Source: Nitrosopumilus sp. (GTDB lineage Archaea > Thermoproteota > Nitrososphaeria > Nitrososphaerales > Nitrosopumilaceae). From it: a stretch of 20,331 bases of DNA. Shown here piece by piece: positions 8,525-15,942 of the stretch. The position numbers and the translations under genes were made by a program. The notes beneath the pieces are model-generated. The model did not search any database and had not been told where the DNA came from. It saw only the letters and a list, made by a program, of their open reading frames with translations. Numbering within the stretch: position 1 is the stretch's first letter; the number at the start of each line of letters is the position of its first letter. The stretch is from the NCBI GenBank assembly GCA_020431995.1, contig JAGQHE010000097.1, positions 1 through 20,331 of the forward strand, in the 5' to 3' direction.

Positions 8525-8632
8525 TTGATTATAGCTTCTTCTGGAAGTGAGGAAATTTTTTCAAATGAAGTTCTGACAGTGTCTCTTATTTTTGAGATGG
8601 ATGAACAATCCTTCATCGTTTTCACCTCTTGC

Positions 8633-9139
8633 CTATTCTACTGACACAACTCTTCCTTTTGGCTTGTCTTCTGTAAGCTTGAAGGTCAGTTCCAGTATTC
8701 CGTTTGTGTACTTTGCTTTTGCGGAGTTTTCATCGATCTTGTACTTGATTGGCACATGTGCCTCGTATTTCCTGTTTTCATTTTTGGTCTTGATTGTTAC
8801 AGCCTTTTCCTCAATTGACACATCAATGTCTGATTTTTCAATACCTGGCATTTCTGCTACCAGTTTGAGTGTGTTGTTTTCGCTATCAAGTACTTCATCT
8901 ACATATGGTTCCTTGACATCTGAAGAGGACGCAGGAAGTAGATTTCTGGGCCTGACATTGCCATACTCCTTGACAACAGGTTTTCCATCAGGTCCAACAG
9001 TCATTGTATAGCCATAATAATAGGGACCTACTGTCTGGTTTCTGTTTCCAAACCAGTTGTTTTCAAAGATGTCGTCCCAGTTAAAAAAGCGGTCAGACAT
9101 TCTTCGAAACTCTCTATCAAAGGGTTCATCAAACCACAT
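8633..9139 (-). CDS. hsp20: Small heat-shock protein, Hsp20/alpha-crystallin family
   Basis: An alpha-crystallin domain is present: LKLVAEMPGIEKSDIDVSIEEKAVTIKTK...YEAHVPIKYKIDENSAKAKYTNGILELTFKL. The gene is divergent from the thermosome gene. Confidence 0.9.
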   Translation of the reverse strand: MWFDEPFDREFRRMSDRFFNWDDIFENNWFGNRNQTVGPYYYGYTMTVGPDGKPVVKEYGNVRPRNLLPASSSDVKEPYVDEVLDSENNTLKLVAEMPGIEKSDIDVSIEEKAVTIKTKNENRKYEAHVPIKYKIDENSAKAKYTNGILELTFKLTEDKPKGRVVSVE

Positions 9140-9157
9140 TCATTTATCACCGAGTAT

Positions 9158-9240
9158 ATGTAATAGATGTGACAAAATATAAAGATTTTGCACATATTAT
9201 CTATAATTGACTAGATGTAATATATATGACAAAATTAAAA
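9158..9240. promoter_or_regulatory. Two 26-nt direct repeats in the divergent hsp20/thermosome promoter region
   Basis: 9158-9183 reads ATGTAATAGATGTGACAAAATATAAA and 9215-9240 reads ATGTAATATATATGACAAAATTAAAA, matching at about 22 of 26 positions. Each repeat ends in an A/T-rich TATA-like segment. Confidence 0.35.
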
Positions 9241-9275
9241 TTATGGAATTGTAATTAATTGGATTTGGTGATTTA

Positions 9276-10916
9276 TTGTCACAGCAACATATACCCGTGG
9301 TTCTTCTAAAGGAAGGATCCACTGAAACAAAAGGGCACGATGCCCAGAAAAACAATATCCAAGCCGCAAAGCTGGTGGCCGAACTGGTCAAGACAAGCCT
9401 AGGTCCGCGAGGAATGGACAAGATGATTGTTGATTCCCTAGGGGATGTAACCATAACAAATGATGGTGCTACAATCCTCAAGGAGATCGACGTCCAGCAT
9501 CCAGCCGCAAAGATGATGGTCGAGATCTCAAAGACTACAGATAACGAGGTAGGAGATGGTACCACATCTACTGTGATTCTGGCAGGTTCTCTGTTAGACA
9601 AAGCACAGGAGCTAACAGAGAAGAACGTTCATCCCACGATAGTGGTAAACGGTTTTAAAAAAGCAGCTGACAAGGGATTGGAAATTCTAAGAAGCGTAGC
9701 AGTCAAGGTTGACCCAGAAGACAAGGCATTTCTGAAAAAGATAGCAAAGACAACAATGGAGTCCAAGATCACGACATCCGATTCCAAGATGCTCTCCGAA
9801 GTAGTTGTGGAAGCCATTCTTGCAGTAAGTGAAAAGCAGAACGGCAAGACAAAGGTTGACATTGGCAACATCAAAGTCGAGAAGAAGGCAGGAGGCTCCA
9901 TGAAGTCAACAGAACTGGTTCAAGGAATTATCTTGGACAAGGAAATTGTTCACGGTGCAATGCCAAAACAGATCAAGACAGCAAAGATTGCACTTGTAAA
10001 CTGCCCATTGGAGATTGAGAAGACAGAGTTTGATGCCAAAATCAACATCAACTCTCCTGATCAAATGCAGCAGTTCATAGACGAGGAGAACAGGATGCTC
10101 AAAAAACTTGTGGATCAGGTTGCAGCGTCTGGTGCAAATGTTCTGCTGTGTCAGAAGGGAATAGACGACATGGCACAGCATTATCTTACGAAGGTTGGAA
10201 TCATGGCAGTAAGAAGAATAAAAGAAAGCGACATGATCAAGCTTTCAAAGGCAACAGGTGCCAGAATAATTACGAACATTGCTGAGCTTACAAAAGAGGA
10301 TCTTGGTGCTGCAGAGATTGCAGAAGAGAGAGAGGTTGAGACCGACAAGTGGGTGTTCATCGAGGGATGCAAGAACCCAAAAGCCGTAAGCATTCTTGTC
10401 AGGGGAGGTTCTCAGAGGATAGTAGACGAGGTGGACCGCTCCATCCATGATGCCTTGATGGCAGTAAAGGATGTTGTCACAAACCCGCATGCGCTGGTTG
10501 GCGCAGGCGCTCCCGAGGCATTCGTTGCAAACAAGCTAAGGGACTGGTCAAATTCGCTAGAGGGACGCTCTCAACTTGCAGCCCAGAAATTCGCAGATGC
10601 CATAGAGAACATGGCAGTGATCTTGGCTGAAAGCGCAGGGATGGATCCGCTTGATGCGCAAGTTCAGTTAAGACAAAAGGCAACTGACGGCAGGGCAGTA
10701 TATGGTATTGATGTCGAGAATGCAATGGTTGCAGACATGTCAAAAAGCGACATCTATGATCCGTTGGCCGTAAAAGAGCAGGTAATCAATGGCGCAACGG
10801 AGGTTGCATGCATGATTCTTAGAATCGATGATGTCATAGCAGGAAGCAAAAGCATGGCCCCATCAGGTCCTCCAGGAGAAAGGATGGGCGGAATGCCTCC
10901 AGGAATGGATATGTAA
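9276..10916 (+). CDS. ths: Thermosome subunit (group II chaperonin)
   Basis: 546 aa with a TTG start. Canonical motifs are present: [25 protein letters not shown], plus a [10 protein letters not shown]-terminal tail. Confidence 0.97.
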   Translation: MSQQHIPVVLLKEGSTETKGHDAQKNNIQAAKLVAELVKTSLGPRGMDKMIVDSLGDVTITNDGATILKEIDVQHPAAKMMVEISKTTDNEVGDGTTSTVILAGSLLDKAQELTEKNVHPTIVVNGFKKAADKGLEILRSVAVKVDPEDKAFLKKIAKTTMESKITTSDSKMLSEVVVEAILAVSEKQNGKTKVDIGNIKVEKKAGGSMKSTELVQGIILDKEIVHGAMPKQIKTAKIALVNCPLEIEKTEFDAKININSPDQMQQFIDEENRMLKKLVDQVAASGANVLLCQKGIDDMAQHYLTKVGIMAVRRIKESDMIKLSKATGARIITNIAELTKEDLGAAEIAEEREVETDKWVFIEGCKNPKAVSILVRGGSQRIVDEVDRSIHDALMAVKDVVTNPHALVGAGAPEAFVANKLRDWSNSLEGRSQLAAQKFADAIENMAVILAESAGMDPLDAQVQLRQKATDGRAVYGIDVENAMVADMSKSDIYDPLAVKEQVINGATEVACMILRIDDVIAGSKSMAPSGPPGERMGGMPPGMDM

Positions 10917-10960
10917 TTCCATTTTCTTTTTTATTTTTACCACAAGTCAAAATGCAGGGA

Positions 10961-11120
10961 CATTTCCTCACATGGCATGCTCTTGACAAACCATGAGTCT
11001 AAAGACAACATGAGGGATGGATCAGGGTATCTTTGAGGATGATTTTAGAATTCTTTACCGAAATGGAATGATCATCCTTTTAGAAATTTTATGTAGTGGC
11101 TCATTTGTTCTTTGAGTCAT
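10961..11120 (-). pseudogene. cas1: Heavily degraded second copy of the Cas1 N-terminal region
   Basis: The minus strand from the ATG at 11120 aligns in three shifting frames with the 15172 copy. MTQRTNE / HYIKFLKG* / KNSKIILKDTL / DSWFVKSMPCEEM corresponds to MTLKNQKNHYNVKLLQGYG...KNSKIVLKNGL...EEWFVKNMPYEKI. A 23-nt core matches at 22 of 23 positions (10972-10994 vs 15013-15035). The relic contains in-frame stops and indels. Confidence 0.55.
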
Positions 11121-11192
11121 TTTTGAAATTAAAAGATGGACAAAAGTATGGGAATGCTTTTTAGGTTATCATTCAGAATTTTTAGATGTATT

Positions 11193-11254
11193 CAAGAAGC
11201 AGGTTCACATGATTCTTGACTCTTGGGTCAAACAAGAGATCGTCCTGCTTCTTG
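11193..11254. repeat. 62-nt nested inverted repeat (long imperfect hairpin)
   Basis: The outer arms CAAGAAGCAGG (11193-11203) and CCTGCTTCTTG (11244-11254) are perfect complements. The inner palindrome TTGAC-TCTTGG-GTCAA sits at the centre. Confidence 0.6.
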
Positions 11255-11402
11255 ATTGTATATTAAATCATTTATGATTAAAAAGGGATACGTAGAATTT
11301 GTTAGTCTTTCAGTCATCAATTCATAATGATTTTAAAATGACCCTGAACTTTCTCCAACAAATCATAACTTACGTAATTGTCTGGCATGGCAAACTCAGG
11401 AA

Positions 11403-11429
11403 CAAAAACGGTGATGCCATTTTTACTCT
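11403..11429 (-). repeat. Distal copy of the aEF-2 3'-terminal sequence (att/TSD-like direct repeat)
   Basis: The minus strand reads AGAGTAAAAATGG-CATCACCGTTTTTG. Its first 13 nt are identical to the aEF-2 end (15971-15959), and the next ~15 nt resemble the sequence that follows it there (TATGCCCCCGTTTTG). Confidence 0.45.
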
Positions 11430-11539
11430 GCCGATTAAAATGCAGAGTCGTCTTCACAGGCACAAAAAACGCAACATAACTAGTGCAATGATGTGGGTTT
11501 GTTTGTTGAAGATTTTTTAAAAAGGGATAACGCATCAAA

Positions 11540-12034
11540 ATGTTATTGGCAAAATTAGAAAATTATGAACTCTCAGATTCACAAATAAAAAACGGATTAA
11601 AGAAAGCTCTCCTAGGGTCTATCGAACTGTCTGGATATGCAAAGTATATTCTTGAACGAAACGGAAACACTACATTATCTTTAGGGTTGTATTCCTTTGC
11701 AATTGGAGAATATGGCAAGTATGAGATTCTCAGGGAATTTCTTTCAGAATCTGTAAAAAGACACCACATACCAAAAGTAATTTTTGATGTAAAAAATTTC
11801 AAGATTAATTTTAAAAAAGCGTTGGATACGTTGCCTAGGAGCATAACTGAGAATCTTTCGAATGATCTGTCATTGGACTTGCAATCCAAAATGAGTTATT
11901 TCAATCTAACATGGGATCAAGAAAAAGAAAAATGGAATGCTCCTCCAAAAATTGATTCATCTCTACTGTCAGAGTCATTGATTTCATTTGAAAAACATGT
12001 TTCTGTGAAACTAGATTCTGAATATGACAGTTAA
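11540..12034 (+). CDS. Hypothetical protein, AbiV-like (abortive-infection family) impression
   Basis: 164-aa ORF preceded by an A/T-rich TATA-like box about 23 nt upstream, which suggests a leaderless transcript. The N-terminal helix pair IKNGLKKALLGSIELSGYAKYILE...LSLGLYSFAIGEYGKYEILREF resembles the AbiV hallmark (A..L..A..L....A.EE.GK...L). This is recalled from memory of the family and not verified. Confidence 0.45.
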   Translation: MLLAKLENYELSDSQIKNGLKKALLGSIELSGYAKYILERNGNTTLSLGLYSFAIGEYGKYEILREFLSESVKRHHIPKVIFDVKNFKINFKKALDTLPRSITENLSNDLSLDLQSKMSYFNLTWDQEKEKWNAPPKIDSSLLSESLISFEKHVSVKLDSEYDS

Positions 12035-12209
12035 AGAACAGCAGGATCATTACAACGTGAAAAGACTACGGTCATTCTGAACATGTAAAAAATTCACAAA
12101 AACTAAAATCAGACCACAATCCTTTCTCTAATCAACTACAAAGCATTGGTTGTCAATGTTATTTGTATTCGAAAAGTATTGGATATGCTGGGTTTATCTC
12201 ATTTATTTA

Positions 12210-12503
12210 TCAAAAGTGGATCCACGTTACAAACAGAAAAGAAGATACGTATCCAAATTCCACCCAAATGAACAGTCGACATCCAACAGCACTCCTAGTA
12301 CCACATCTAGATCCTATTGTAAATTTCCACCCATAAGAATCAGGAGCATTGACATTATCAGGTCTAAGACTTGTAGGCCAAGTAAAACAATATCTCCCTC
12401 CTCCACACTTACTAGCAAGTTTGAAAAAATCTGGAGATAAAATACCGACTGTACTTGTACCGTGTTTCTTTATCATCTTTGTCAATGAAATAGAAATTTT
12501 CAT
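12210..12503 (-). CDS. Hypothetical protein (uncertain gene)
   Basis: The 97-aa ORF has protein-like composition (GGGRYCFTWPTSLRPDNVNAPDSYGWKFTIGS). The overlapping + strand ORF 12150..12440 is S/T/R-rich and looks like a shadow ORF. I recognise no family. Confidence 0.3.
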   Translation of the reverse strand: MKISISLTKMIKKHGTSTVGILSPDFFKLASKCGGGRYCFTWPTSLRPDNVNAPDSYGWKFTIGSRCGTRSAVGCRLFIWVEFGYVSSFLFVTWIHF

Positions 12504-12994
12504 TTTTGAGGATTTGTAGAGATCATTAGTTAGAACAAACGGGCGATTCTTAGTGATGAATCCTCAAATGAAGATATTTGAGATGATTACTTTGGCAAAC
12601 TTTTCTCAATCCTTTCAACAAGTTCTTTACTTCTTTAGACACAAATCTCACTAGCGATGTGAATTAAATTTAATGTGTCTAACACATACTCTGCAAATTT
12701 TTGCAAAGATTGTATGTTGTTCTTTGTAAGTTGTTTGTTATCTGACTAGAATTATTTAAATATTTGAAAAAAAATAAATAGCAATTTAAATTCTCAAAGA
12801 TTTGAAAGTTCTTTTTATACTAATCAATGGTAGTCAAAAACTTTCCATTAACAAAACGTCAGGTGTTTTACATGTTTTTCTAATGTATTTATTCTCTTTT
12901 TTGCTGAACTAGATCATTTTCTAATTTTGTGATTCTATCGTGTTGTTCTTTATTTTTATTGCATCTACAGAAATATCAAGTTGATTTATAGCTA

Positions 12995-14422
12995 CTAAGT
13001 CCCTGGAATTTGATCAACATATCGTGTTTCTGCGGATAACACAATATCATAAGCATCGCCATTTTCAAAACTATCAATCGACAACGATATCATGCCATTA
13101 CTAACTGGCAACGTTTGGATTTCAGTAATTACATTGCTAGCAGATGCAGGATTTGGAATACGCATGATATCTGCTTGTATTGTGTTTGCATCATAAGGAT
13201 AATTTTGAATGTTTATCACAACGTTATTTTGATTGCGGTCATAATTACCTACAAGTAGATGAATTTTTTCTGTTTGGTCATTTTTACTTGCTAGTGAAAT
13301 TATGTGGGACCCTAAGCTTTCTGTAAAAATTCTATTCTTATCTAATTCAGCATATGCCTTATATACAAAATAGATGTTCTCGGGGGTTTTATTGTCTTGG
13401 TCAAGCATTCCATTTAATCCATTCCAGCAATTACTCCATACAGACGATCCAGATCCCATGTCCCAGCATGCACGATTTGCAACATCTACATTTGCTTTTT
13501 CAAGTGAGTATAGCCATCGCACAGCCCATCCTGGGACAGACTGATTGTCATTTGAACCATATTCATTGATATGTATCTCTTGAATCTTCAAATTCTGTTT
13601 TTTTTCAAAAGTACTATCTATTATGAAACGCATTTTTTTCACATGTTCGAGCATCGCATCAGGATCATCAAATTCATGCCAAGACAATGCAGTTAGTTCA
13701 AGATTGTTTTCTTCAATATATCTTATAAAATTAGTTAGATGTTGTTCGTCAAATTGATTTGTGCTTGGTGCAACTATTTTAGCATTAGGCACGTGTTTTT
13801 TTATTATATCATGTGTTATTTTAACAATCTCAAATTTTTGGGATTCAGTAAAGCCGTTGAAAATACCATCCGGCTCATTATATACATCATAATAATCTAT
13901 GTGGATTTTATTCTGTACAGTTTTGATCATAAGATCTTCCATAAAATATTCCCAAATAGTTTTAAATTGTTCAAATGATTGAATACAAGTTTTATTAGAT
14001 GAATCACATTCAGATTCTAAATCAAGAGAGTACTGATTATTACTCACCCCATAAACTGAGAAAAACAAATCAGACAGTACAAAAGTGATTTGTGTGTCGT
14101 GCTTTGATCTAACATTGTCATTTACAAAATTATAGATTGGAATAGTACTCATTCTCCATGATTTTGGTTCTAACTGTGAAACAGAATCCAATATTTCATT
14201 TTGGTTGATGATGTCCGGCAAACCATGAATAAACCCTGATTTTAATTTGACTTTGTCAATATTTTCTCCAGCATCAACAATGACAGACGGCATCATACCT
14301 GTGTTGATTAACTTGTTTATGCCGACAGCATCTTGAATTTTATCAGACGAATTTACAGACGTTATGCCAAGAATTAACAATAAGATTACAGATGCGCTTG
14401 TTGCAATGAAAATTTTTTTCAA
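12995..14422 (-). CDS. Secreted glycoside hydrolase, clan GH-A TIM-barrel type (GH39/GH30/GH5-like) with a C-terminal beta-sandwich
   Basis: A signal peptide is present (MKKIFIATSASVILLLILGITSVNS). YYDVYNEPDG matches the clan GH-A 'NEP' acid/base motif. IQEIHINEYGSN is a candidate nucleophile strand, and LSWHEFDD lies between them. The gene is very AT-rich. Confidence 0.6.
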   Translation of the reverse strand: MKKIFIATSASVILLLILGITSVNSSDKIQDAVGINKLINTGMMPSVIVDAGENIDKVKLKSGFIHGLPDIINQNEILDSVSQLEPKSWRMSTIPIYNFVNDNVRSKHDTQITFVLSDLFFSVYGVSNNQYSLDLESECDSSNKTCIQSFEQFKTIWEYFMEDLMIKTVQNKIHIDYYDVYNEPDGIFNGFTESQKFEIVKITHDIIKKHVPNAKIVAPSTNQFDEQHLTNFIRYIEENNLELTALSWHEFDDPDAMLEHVKKMRFIIDSTFEKKQNLKIQEIHINEYGSNDNQSVPGWAVRWLYSLEKANVDVANRACWDMGSGSSVWSNCWNGLNGMLDQDNKTPENIYFVYKAYAELDKNRIFTESLGSHIISLASKNDQTEKIHLLVGNYDRNQNNVVINIQNYPYDANTIQADIMRIPNPASASNVITEIQTLPVSNGMISLSIDSFENGDAYDIVLSAETRYVDQIPGT

Positions 14423-14567
14423 CTATGCGGTTTCAAGCAAACATTCTATCTAAACTTGACGTTAAGCGTAGGCAAATAATCAAGTCACAAGAGAATAAAA
14501 TACATAATCAAGCCATACACGAATTCAAATCTTCTAATCATCACTGCAAATTACTGGTATGCTGGAA

Positions 14568-14812
14568 TTATGATTCGCATCCAATACCGTCTTTATCCCC
14601 ATCAAACCTATGTTGGTCTGGAAGAAGCACTCTGAATTTTTTGCATGGCACATCTTTGCAATCTAAGTCAGGAGGATAAGGTGGGATGCATACATCAGGA
14701 TAAGAAGGATCGCAGTTTTCTGTACTTTGTGTAGTTTTTGGAGCAGACGGGGTAGTCTGAGAAGTTTTAGTTGTGATTGTTGCTTCGCAGATATAATCTG
14801 CTTTTGTAGGTA
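14568..14812 (-). pseudogene. 3' stump of an Excalibur-domain gene, paralogous to the C-terminus of the SNase gene at 2357-2560
   Basis: The +1 frame relative to the Cas1 ORF reads ADYICEATITTKTSQTTPSAPKTTQSTENCDPSYPDVCIPPYPPDLDCKDVPCKKFRVLLPDQHRFDGDKDGIGCES*, with its stop at 14570-14568. It is nearly identical in protein sequence and clearly similar in DNA to 2357-2490. An in-frame stop lies just upstream and there is no start codon. Confidence 0.8.
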
Positions 14813-15172
14813 TTCACATTTCTCAGGATTTCTAAACGTGTCATATTGCGCTATGCGGTATTTTGTGGCAGTTAGTGAATCCATCACGCCATTTAGAAAT
14901 GATATTGGTTTCCCAAAAGTGTCAGTCAAGACAAGATTACGGTTGTTTTGATTTAGTAGAGATAATGCTTCAATGGAAACATATCCTTTTCCAGATAACA
15001 CTATCTTCTCATATGGCATGTTCTTGACAAACCATTCTTCTTTTTCTTGTTCTCCTGTTACATCATGTAAGCCGTTCTTTAGAACGATTTTGGAATTTTT
15101 AAGAGAAATTGAAACTCCGTATCCTTGGAGAAGTTTTACGTTGTAATGATTTTTCTGATTTTTTAAAGTCAA
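14663..15172 (-). pseudogene. cas1: Truncated Cas1 (casposase-like): N-terminal domain and first helix only, about 127 aa
   Basis: The Cas1 N-terminal architecture is present. Beta strands: YNVKLLQGYGVSISLKNSKIVLKNG. The central segment is EKIVLSGKGYVSIEALSLLNQNNRNLVLTDTFGKPISFLNG. The helical domain then opens with TATKYRIAQYDTFRNPEKCEYLQKQIISAK, as in ..R.AQ....d.e.rl.iAk.ii.aKi.NQ. After that the ORF degenerates into a read-through of the Excalibur stump in the wrong frame. The catalytic helical domain is absent. The start is TTG. Confidence 0.7.
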
Positions 15173-15183
15173 TCTGTCTAGAA

Positions 15184-15621
15184 TTAAGAATTTTCAGATG
15201 TTGAAAATGTGTAAGACATAGGTGGAGTTATAGATTGAACATAAGGAGAATCTAAAATTTCTTCCAATATGGAATATGTGTTAATTACTGCAAAATAGAT
15301 ATGCGCCCACCGTGCTTGATTGAAGGGTTTGTCTTTTTCAAACTTGAATGTGTATCCATCTAGAGTAATCTCTTTTGAGGATTTTGTATGAATTCCATTA
15401 GAATGGAGGCAATTTCTAACATATGCAAGAAGATTCAAGATATCTCTTTTTTCATCAGAATTTTGGATTTGTAAAACTGACAGTAGTTTTGTTACTATGT
15501 CGTAATATTGTCTAGGTACATTTTCATCCATACTGGACAAAAGTATTTTGAATAAAGTTTCTATTTGAAACTGAAAATTAGTAATAAATGAAATACGACG
15601 AATGTCATTTTCAACCATCAT
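15184..15621 (-). CDS. C-terminal part of a hypothetical protein with a possible HEPN-like RNxxH motif; probably one gene with 15677..15880
   Basis: The frame stays open upstream of the Met (IKKIINEEQARKLLSNDLGDFHGS-MMVEND...) up to the A8 tract. The sequence is all-helical and contains LLAYVRNCLHSNGIH. The R-to-H spacing is one residue shorter than the canonical HEPN Rx4-6H motif, so the HEPN assignment is weak. Confidence 0.5.
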   Translation of the reverse strand: MMVENDIRRISFITNFQFQIETLFKILLSSMDENVPRQYYDIVTKLLSVLQIQNSDEKRDILNLLAYVRNCLHSNGIHTKSSKEITLDGYTFKFEKDKPFNQARWAHIYFAVINTYSILEEILDSPYVQSITPPMSYTFSTSENS

Positions 15622-15676
15622 AGATCCGTGAAAATCCCCTAGATCGTTACTTAGTAATTTTCGTGCTTGTTCTTCA

Positions 15677-15880
15677 TTAATGATTTTTTTTATCTAATGA
15701 TTCTAGTAAACTCATGTGCATTACTGATGACATACAAAGATGGCAACAACCGTTTAGAATGATATATCTTCCATCATTATCTGGATATCCATATTTTGTT
15801 AATAAGTTAAGAAACTTATTTCTCAATTCTAAAAATTGTTTTTTGTCCTCACTTAATGTAGGAGTGTCATTGAATGGCAA
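15677..15880 (-). CDS. N-terminal part of the same hypothetical protein, ending in the A8 tract
   Basis: The ORF has a TTG start and ends ...LLESLDKKNH*. The stop is created by the reading frame through the homopolymer at 15684-15691 (T8 on the + strand). With seven A instead of eight it reads ...SLDKKIINEEQARKLL... into ORF 15184..15621. Confidence 0.45.
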   Translation of the reverse strand: MPFNDTPTLSEDKKQFLELRNKFLNLLTKYGYPDNDGRYIILNGCCHLCMSSVMHMSLLESLDKKNH

Positions 15881-15942
15881 TACCGTTTTACTTTGAATTA
15901 AATAATTTCTTAAGCTTTACGACAAGCGTCATGTTTTTGTGC

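Noticed and set aside
9197-10743. Multiple 70-134 aa ORFs on the minus strand inside the thermosome gene (9197..9601, 9629..9901, 9906..10181, 10181..10393, 10245..10490, 10477..10743)
   Set aside because: They are antisense shadow ORFs within a gene of certain identity. Their composition is odd (S/T/R/L-rich) and they carry no motifs.
10917-10960. GTAAAAAT...AAAATGG low-complexity sequence next to the thermosome stop codon as a further copy of the aEF-2 terminal motif
   Set aside because: It is interrupted and consists almost entirely of A-runs, so it cannot be distinguished from chance in A/T-rich DNA.
12150-12440. 96-aa + strand ORF overlapping 12210..12503 (-)
   Set aside because: It is S/T/R/P-rich and low-complexity, typical of an antisense shadow. 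The minus-strand partner looks more protein-like, though it is itself uncertain.
13354-13978. Plus-strand ORFs 13354..13569 and 13739..13978 inside the glycoside hydrolase gene
   Set aside because: They are antisense shadow ORFs in very A/T-rich coding DNA.
14568-15172. Possibility of a functional Cas1-N-terminal/Excalibur fusion protein
   Set aside because: The Excalibur segment is in the +1 frame relative to Cas1. The Cas1 frame reads through it as nonsense (LKLLRLPRLLQKLHKVQKTAILLILMYASHLILLT*). No slippery site is evident, so a deletion scar is more parsimonious.
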